DNA from: Lingula anatina
Taxonomy: Eukaryota > Animalia > Brachiopoda
Assembly: GCA_051362555.1 (NCBI GenBank)
Contig: CM120648.1
Span: 1,031,721-1,095,720 of the forward strand
Reading direction: 5' to 3'
DNA length: 64,000 nt
The position numbers were made by a program, and so were the translations under genes. The notes under the pieces are model-generated. The model was not told where the DNA came from, made no database searches, and saw only the letters and a list, made by a program, of their open reading frames with translations. Positions 56,399 through 64,000 of the stretch are shown piece after piece (the stretch's first letter is position 1; each line of letters opens with the position of its first letter).

Positions 56399-57151
56399 TG
56401 GCGGTTGTTCATCATAGAAATGAGATTTTGATTCCAATCTTGTGAGGGATACAGGAATTATTGTCGTTGGTAAAAGTGATATAGATAGATATATATTTTT
56501 GGTTAGAACAAAGAAACACATTTGAAGATTTTTTTTACTTAATTTGTTTTTATTGATTTATGATTATTATTTTTTATTTATGTGTTGGTTTGGGTGCATA
56601 TTTGGACTATTTTGTATTTTTTATGTGCTAGGATATTGAATTATTTAGCCATCACTTTGATTTCAGAACTATTCCTTTTAGTTTTTTTCTTTTCGACAAA
56701 TTTACTAAATGATTTTAAACTCCATGAATATGTAACTGTTCTGATCAAGGTGCAATTTTAAAATTCCTATTTTTTTCTGTGCAAAATTGGAAAGTTTTGA
56801 AGAACCAACAAGACAAGTGTTGGTTTCAAAAGCACAAGCAAGTGAAAATGCGTTCAAAAAACTGTATATTGTTTTTAAAGACAGACAGATGGAAGAGCTG
56901 GGCTACTGAAAATATAGTATAAAACAAGTGGAAGAATAATGAGGTTCACCCCAGTCATGGAGCGTATTATCAGCAGGAATATGAATCTGTAGTTTTAGGT
57001 GAACTGATACAGCTGCAATGATCCACTATGCACAAGAAAAAAGGATTTTATGCACAATTATTAAAAGCTTCCAGTATGGGTGCTTGAAAAACACAGTATT
57101 TATTTGTGTAGGAAAGAAAGTTAAATGAACAGGTGAGATTTAATTGATTTA

Positions 57152-57377
57152 GGGTGCTTTCCCAGAGATTTAGATTGATCTAAAGATTAAGATTTAGATC
57201 GACCTAACTCCCTGGGGATTCACGCTAAATTGCAGTCAGCCGAGCGGGCACCATAGTTAATTACCCCCTTACAGCTTTTAGTAGGCGGGACAGACGCTTA
57301 AGCCGGTCAAGCTGACAGTAATCTAGTGAGACTCCCCACAGGGATAGATTGATCTAAAAATCTATGGAAATGGGGTG
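57152..57377 (-). mobile_element. MITE-like element, same family as 31836-32061
   Basis: Aligns as reverse complement along its length; flanked by TTA/TAA (Tourist/Harbinger-like). Confidence 0.75.
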
Positions 57378-57683
57378 TAAATATATGGTTTATATGGAGC
57401 AAAATGGAAGACGCACACATGCGATTACTCCCTATTGAAAACACAAAGAAGGGATCAAAATATTGGAAAGTTCAGTGTGTTGATATAATTTCTGAATATA
57501 TATATGAACAGCATTTGAAATATTACTGCACAAGGAGCTAACACAAAGTATTTTTATATGTATGATAGGAAAAAAGGATCTGTATTTTATAACAGGAATA
57601 GAAAAGGAAAACTACATTTCACGATATAAGACAATACAGAAATGTAAATCTATTGACTGGTGGTGATAAAGGTATTTTAGTTC

Positions 57684-57860
57684 ACATTTAGAACAGCGGA
57701 CTAACAGATCTGTGGATCAAATGTGGCCGACCCACTTGGATGCTTATTGCATAATCCTTATGGGGAATCTGTTCAGAGTCCAATTGGAAATTAAGCAGCA
57801 AGCTTTCAAGTGGGTTGCCAAATTTGATCCGCTGATCTGTTACTCCGCTGATCTGAATGC
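57684..57860. mobile_element. Fold-back MITE-like element (~55-bp imperfect TIRs)
   Basis: CACATTTAGAACAGCGGACTAACAGATC...CCCACTTG pairs with CAAGTGGG...GATCTGTTACTCCGCTGATCTGAATGCG. Confidence 0.7.
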
Positions 57861-59083
57861 GATCATATTGGTTCCTGCTTAAAGGGGGTAAAATAAGTTA
57901 GTAGCTTCTTAAGAGACTGAATTTTTTTTTTTTTTTTTTTTTTTTTTTTGAGATCACAGGACCTATGATGTGTTAGAAAAGAGGCATTCTTTGCAAATAA
58001 TGAGAAAAAAAAGATCTGCCTTCTGAATGATTTCATTATGACAACAGTTTCCTTAGTATTGTCTCTTAGTTGCTACAAAGGAGTCATTTGATGTGGGACA
58101 CTCCTTAAACTGTCCTTTTTGGTATGAAAATATGTATTTTTTTTTTTTTTTCTAAATGGCAGCTAAGAATTAGAAAAGTTAGATTAGTTCTTAAATTCAC
58201 TTTTTTTCTCATGGAGATCCATCAAAATCATGACCAGAAAATTTTTTTGTTGAAGATAAAAGATTTGAGATAAAAAATGTTTGCTGTACAGTATATATGA
58301 CCAGATATGAGTACTATAAGTACTAACTTGGCTGTATACAATGTTTTTATGGGTTAGGGGTGCTTTAATAACATTGTAAAGGTCCAAAACCAGATGTGAT
58401 GGGGGCTGTCTTAATATGTAAAATAGAAAACTGGAAATTCGAGATACCAGCCTCAACCTAGCCACAACCATTTTGTATTGTTTATGGTACAGTTGTATAG
58501 TTTCCTTCGATTCAGTATATAGTAATACTATGTTACTTTAGCTAACTGCTGAATGTGTAAAGTAAGGGCAGTGATTTTTATCCATCATCTTCCCTTTTTT
58601 TGCAAAGGAATGCATCCACGGTATATGTTAATGCTCATCTTTAGTCACTGTGGTTGACCCTTGGCTTTATGGCCTCCTGTTCTCCAATCCTTGTTTTGGG
58701 GTGATGATAAAACGTAGATGAGGAACAGTTGCAAGGGAACAATGCTCAATTATCTTGTTTTTATATAAGAGGATAGACTTTAGTAAATACTGTGATTACT
58801 CACAAATTAATCTGAATATTTGTTTTATGAATTATGGATTTTTTTTATGAATATTTAGTCACTCAAACATTGCATAGTTTCCGACTTGTATCCAACTCCC
58901 TGACTATGAATATTTCCTTTTGTCTTCACCCAGGTCTGCTGTTATTTTTTGAACAAGGCAGCAAAGTTGTCAAATGTACAGACAAAGAGCAGAAAATAAT
59001 AATTCACAAAATTCTGATTTTTACAAAAAACTATAAAATTTCTTTATTATGAATCTTTCCTTTTGTCTTCATCCAGGTCTGCT

Positions 59084-59084
<1 letters not shown>

Positions 59085-59136
<52 letters not shown>

Positions 59137-59153
59137 TATTTTTTCTTGTTATT
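59085..59153. repeat. Poly(T) tract
   Basis: Direct reading. Confidence 0.9.
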
Positions 59154-62100
59154 CATTTTAGTAATTGACTTCTTGTATGGTGGAGGTGTGTGCTCTTAAG
59201 TTATCTCCATACTTTATGCTTTAATGTATCAGTGATAGAGTATTATCCAACATTTTAATTCAAAGACAGTGTCGGTAATAGGGAATATGTATATAAAACC
59301 CATTTATTGCACTTGTTAATGTTCAATTATTTCAATATATAATGTTGTTTTAAGATCTCATATAGCCTTTTTTCCACAGAAAAAAAAATTACTCTCTTGG
59401 GAGTTTCAGTGGGCATCGATTTATTGCAAGCAATTAGAATTGTATTTGTGGAAAAAATATGTAAGAACCAAGAAAAATTTCCCAGACTAAGTTGGACATA
59501 ATTGTGTTCTATATTCTACTAATACTCAGTATACCAAGTGAGGATTTTGTGTACTTTCATATATGCTTTTGTTGCTTATTTACATAAATTATATTTGAAC
59601 AAATAAATGGGGAAATATTCATTGTGTTTGATTTGTAGTAGACCCAAGGCCTGTTTTGTAAAAGATCTTCAGATCAACAGTTGGGCAACACTATTTAAGA
59701 CCAAAAATTTGAGGTTGTTTCTAGTTTTGTCACAAAACTAACCTCCGTGATCAGGGTGGGAAGCATGTAACCCTCGCCCCCTCCCCCTTCACCCCCATTG
59801 TCTTTGTCACTTAATAACCTATAGGGGCGGGTTTGGATACACCTTGAATGGCCATGGTTTCCCACCCTGAGTTTCACAGCTCATTGGAAACTTCTCTATA
59901 CTCATACATATATAGACAGTTAATCTGACGCGATCCTCACGGGGGTCACTGACCAAAGTTGTTAATATAATAACAAACACTGGTAACATGTTATTCCTTT
60001 ATTACATATACTCTCACACACTAAATTAATGCTTCAGTCATACAACTTCTTTATTATAAATAAAAATAAAACAGGCACCAGATTGAAAACAAAAGTCTCC
60101 TCTTGACGCAGCCTAGGCTTGAAAAATAATAAATTAAAAAACAACACATTTAATACACGTTATTTACAAACAAAACCATTCGACATTCTTATCATATTTA
60201 ACTGAATTCAAATCTTTGGCACACCAATTTGTCCTTACCTTTAAAGTGAAACAAAAGCAATTTTAACTAAATGAACTAATTTTAGCTACACATTGATAAC
60301 AATAATAAACAGAAGGAGCAACCTTCCCATGTTGGGTTCCATTATTCTAATGGTTATTGTGTAACTACACACACTTGAAGTTATTAAAAGTTAAGATCAC
60401 TACACCAGGAACAAATTCACACTTTCCTAGACTTTAAGAAAGCCACACACAGTGGGCTTATTTGCATTACGGTTTTTAATAAAACCATTTTTTTTTTCAA
60501 ATACCAGAAGACTGACAAAGTGATCAGCAACCTTTCTAACAACCCTCTCTATAAAATGACTGAGAGATAATATATGGAATGCAGCTCGCAGTGTGTGTTG
60601 GGTAATTGAGGGGGGGGGGAGGGGGAGGATCCACAAAGCAATGCTAATCCTTCTCAGTAAATAACGACAAACCAAAACCATTTTAGTTGGAACTGACATG
60701 GATAAGGGCCGATTTTTAGTAAAACTCCTGAAGATTGTTCTCTACACCAGGATGCGCCACTAGTCACCATTATAAGCTAAAACAGTGACAGGAGTTCTCA
60801 CCCTGGGATAAGTCAGCAATAATTATCATAATTCTGTAATAACCAAATAATTTCAGAAAAATCACTATTTTTCTTTTTTTTTTTTTTCAAAATCTATGTT
60901 TAGGATTCACAAGAATGTCATTTCTGAAACGAAGCCAACTGCTTTTCAGTACTTTTACAAAAAAAAAAAAATTATTCAGGGAGAAATTATTAATTCATGC
61001 TATTGAGATTGAGTAATTATTGTAATTCAAAACTATGCCCATACAGTTCCAATATGAAATTCTGTCCAGCATAGCTACATGAATTTTTAAAGAAACACTT
61101 ATTTGTAACAGAAATATATGTAACACCGTTTGCTGTCATTATACAAGACATGTAACATTTTACTTATTCCAGTGACGATAACTGTTATATTTATACCAAA
61201 ATTTTTATTCCAATGGAGAAAATACTTCACCAAAACTTGACATTTCTCATTTTCCATATGCTTTCAGGATTCCATGTAACCACTCCTTCTGCCATTCACT
61301 TCTCTCTTGAAATGCACAAACATTTGTCCACGTACCCGGTTTTAAGTACTGATTACACTGATAACATGTTAAAAACAACCTTGAAGTTGTTAGACTAGAC
61401 TGATACCAACTTTTTCTCATGCACATGTAACTCAAAATTACGTGCAGTCATTGCTAAGACCATTTAATTTTTCAACTTTAGTCATTATTATTTGAAATAA
61501 GCCATGGCTGCAAAGGATTTTGTCTGACCAAATTTAAAATATAATTAGTAACTTAGTTTAAACTTTCAACAGGCTCTGTTTAGACCATTTTTTTACACTT
61601 ACATAGTCATTAAGCCGGTAACACCCATTAATTCACACACAAGAGTTTGCTATGTTTAACAGCAGTAGTATAGTAGTGTACACATATTACCAAATTAACC
61701 CTAACTGGACAGCAAACCTTCAAATGTACAACACTGCAAGGCTCTTAAAGAAAATGATGATATTTAGCTACTCGGCACTTCAGAGTAAGTTAAACCCTGT
61801 GACCTGCCTATTAATTCACTGGTAACTGAGACCTTGTTAATCCTCAGAGCAGTACAGGATCTGTTTGGTTTTCATTTTCTCCCTTCTACAACTTGTAATA
61901 ATGGTATTGATTTCAAAAAAAAAAAAAAAAAAAAAAACTGTCCCAAATGCAGAAATGACAGGATATTCAACAATTTTGGCACTCTTTGCAATTGGTTAAA
62001 CTCTAAAATTACAAACTTTTACCCAAAACAAACATTACAATAAGGGCACAAGGCAATTTGGCAAAAACTTCAATTAAAGTCTCAATCTCTCTTTGCTAAC

Positions 62101-62662
62101 AATCTAGTGAAACCCTAAGTTATACAAACTACTAAATAAATGTATCTTTATCTGTAGGTTTCAGAAATAAAACAATCCCAAGCCCTGGTACTGGGAGTAA
62201 AACAATAAAGGCAGTGGCATGTAAAAACATTGGGGTACAACTAACTGAATCGCAGAACTAACAAGAGGGTGAGAATGGGACGAAAAAAAAATGACACATT
62301 ATAAAATGTCACCATTCTGATTTTAACCTAAATTCTGTTGAGGCTTAAGGAATACAGTCAAACATACATTATATCTAAAATATCTCCACTTGGTATTTTC
62401 TCAATTAATATATTGCTTTGCAAACAAAAGCATGATATACTAGGCATAACCTGGCATTGAAGTTGTTAGATTTCTTTTGGCCAAATCAATATTTTGTATT
62501 TTTTGTTTTTAGTCCTCTATCACTTTTAGTCCTCTATCACTTTTCGTCATGGTACTTATGTATGAAGTTACGCTATGAGATCCATCGTTAAGCTGATGCA
62601 CATTGCATGTTATTTGTTTAAATATATGTTACATCTTTACATTAGCTTTAAGCAGACTTTAT

Positions 62663-62832
62663 GGTCCCATACAGAATAGAGGACTAACTAGGCCTAGGGT
62701 CAAATATGACCACCCACTATAAAGCTTGCGGTCTAACCCGCTAATAGACACTGAATAGATATCCCCTGGATATTCAAGTGGGTGGCCATATTTGACCTGC
62801 GGACTAGTTAGTCCCCTATTCTGAATGGGGCC
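62663..62832. mobile_element. MITE with ~55-bp TIRs and 3-bp TSD TAT (Tourist-like)
   Basis: GGTCCCATACAGAATAGAGGACTAACTAG..GGTCAAATATGACCACCCACT pairs with AGTGGGTGGCCATATTTGACC..CTAGTTAGTCCCCTATTCTGAATGGGGCC; TAT on both sides. Confidence 0.8.
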
Positions 62833-63853
62833 TATGACAATCTGCCAAATGAGTTTCACATTATATTTCCATACGTCATGGTGTAAGCAATATGGTATTT
62901 ATTTGTACAACTCAAACACCTCGCTCACACTTGCTGATATTTCATCACTTTTTATACATAATTCGGAAACTTTCTGACAAAAGCCAAATTTGTTTTTCAG
63001 AAATTTCAGATGCACTCTTTTTAAGGTACTGCTATAAACAGCCTTCACTTTATGATATTTTATCAATATTTAATTTAGTAATTACCTCACTTCTGACATC
63101 ACAACGACACCTGCAATATCAGGCCCTTGGGTCCGCTAAATTCATTTTTCGCTGAAAAGGTTCTCTGTGGCACAAAATTTAATATAGTTTCTACACCCTT
63201 TCTGAACTTAGATCAATTAATGAGGTGAAAAACAAAAGGTCCACTTTTTTCCAAACAAACAAACAAAAAAAAAAAAAAAAAAAAAACAAAGAATAGCTCT
63301 TCTGAAATTGCTGACCACAGCCATGGACACCAAAAGGACATGATAACCACTACTGGCCAAAGTTATATCTTCCACGGTAATGACTCGATCTTTTCAATTT
63401 GGGGAAATTGTGATTTTAACAGATACTGTATTTTTTAAGACATAATTTCTTAAAACAATAGTTCCTATTAAGTGGTTGCAACAAAATTGAAAAGCAGACT
63501 ACCTTATAGTTCTTTTCTATGCATTAAAAGCACCACAAATGCTATACAAAAATATAATTTTTATGATTTTAAAATGATGTGTCTGAAAGTTTGATAATTT
63601 CTGCCCATTGAAAAGACCTAGTTATTACCTTATAATTAGGCAGAATTTTAAGGTATACTGACTAGGCCACCATCTCTGACATCTGAATCTCTGCACCAAC
63701 ATCTAATTGAATTTGAATACCGATATTTTCCTTCACAGATTTTGTTTAGAAACGTCACCTTATCCCAACAGATTCAAGTCTTGATAATGCTGCTTTCTTA
63801 ATGGCGCAAAACAACACTCTCAAGATCGCAGGCACTTTTTTCCCTCCCCACTT

Positions 63854-64000
63854 TTATTTGTAACGGAACTTCTTGATGCAATCATTGCCAAGATCCACCA
63901 CGACGACTTTGAAATCTTGGGTGGCAGCCAAGCCACTGGGACGCTTCAGTTTATCATCATGGCTGTCAATGGTGAACAACAACCTCTCACTGGCGTTGAA
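63854..64000 (-). CDS. 3' end of a TRIM-NHL (TRIM2/TRIM3-like) gene, C-terminal NHL repeat; partial, continues beyond the window
   Basis: Reverse-strand translation FNASERLLFTIDSHDDKLKRPSGLAATQDFKVVVVDLGNDCIKKFRYK* fits the NHL pattern (L..P.GLA....VVV.D.GN.CIK.FRY) that ends TRIM2/3-type proteins; stop TAA at 63856-63854. Confidence 0.75.
   Translation of the reverse strand, partial: FNASERLLFTIDSHDDKLKRPSGLAATQDFKVVVVDLGNDCIKKFRYK

Noticed and set aside
58905-59153. Short duplicated motif plus poly(T) as a retrocopy insertion
   Set aside because: No element body or TSD arrangement fits; more likely a small local duplication with T-run expansion.

Overview
AT-rich eukaryotic (invertebrate, probably lophotrochozoan/mollusc-like) genomic window. 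It contains: (1) a tandem segmental duplication (~3185-12760 and ~14145-25160) in which each unit carries a two-exon GRL101-like (LGR type C) GPCR on the minus strand with architecture SP-CUB-CUB-CTL-CTL-LDLa(n)-LRR-7TM; copy B is intact (1501 aa), copy A has two -1 frameshifts, both in homopolymer runs; (2) an 8-exon capzb gene (minus strand); (3) a divergently oriented 18-coding-exon M28B gene (GCPII/NAALADL2/transferrin-receptor family, ~821 aa) that has lost catalytic and zinc-binding residues but has a YxxL motif in its cytosolic tail; its 11.4-kb intron is almost entirely nested Helentron-type (HINE) and PIF/Harbinger elements carrying 161-bp and 146-bp tandem arrays; (4) the last coding segment of a TRIM-NHL-type gene at the right edge. 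There is also a LINE fragment, several MITEs, and mini/microsatellites. All gene models were read by eye from splice signals and frame continuity; no database search was run.
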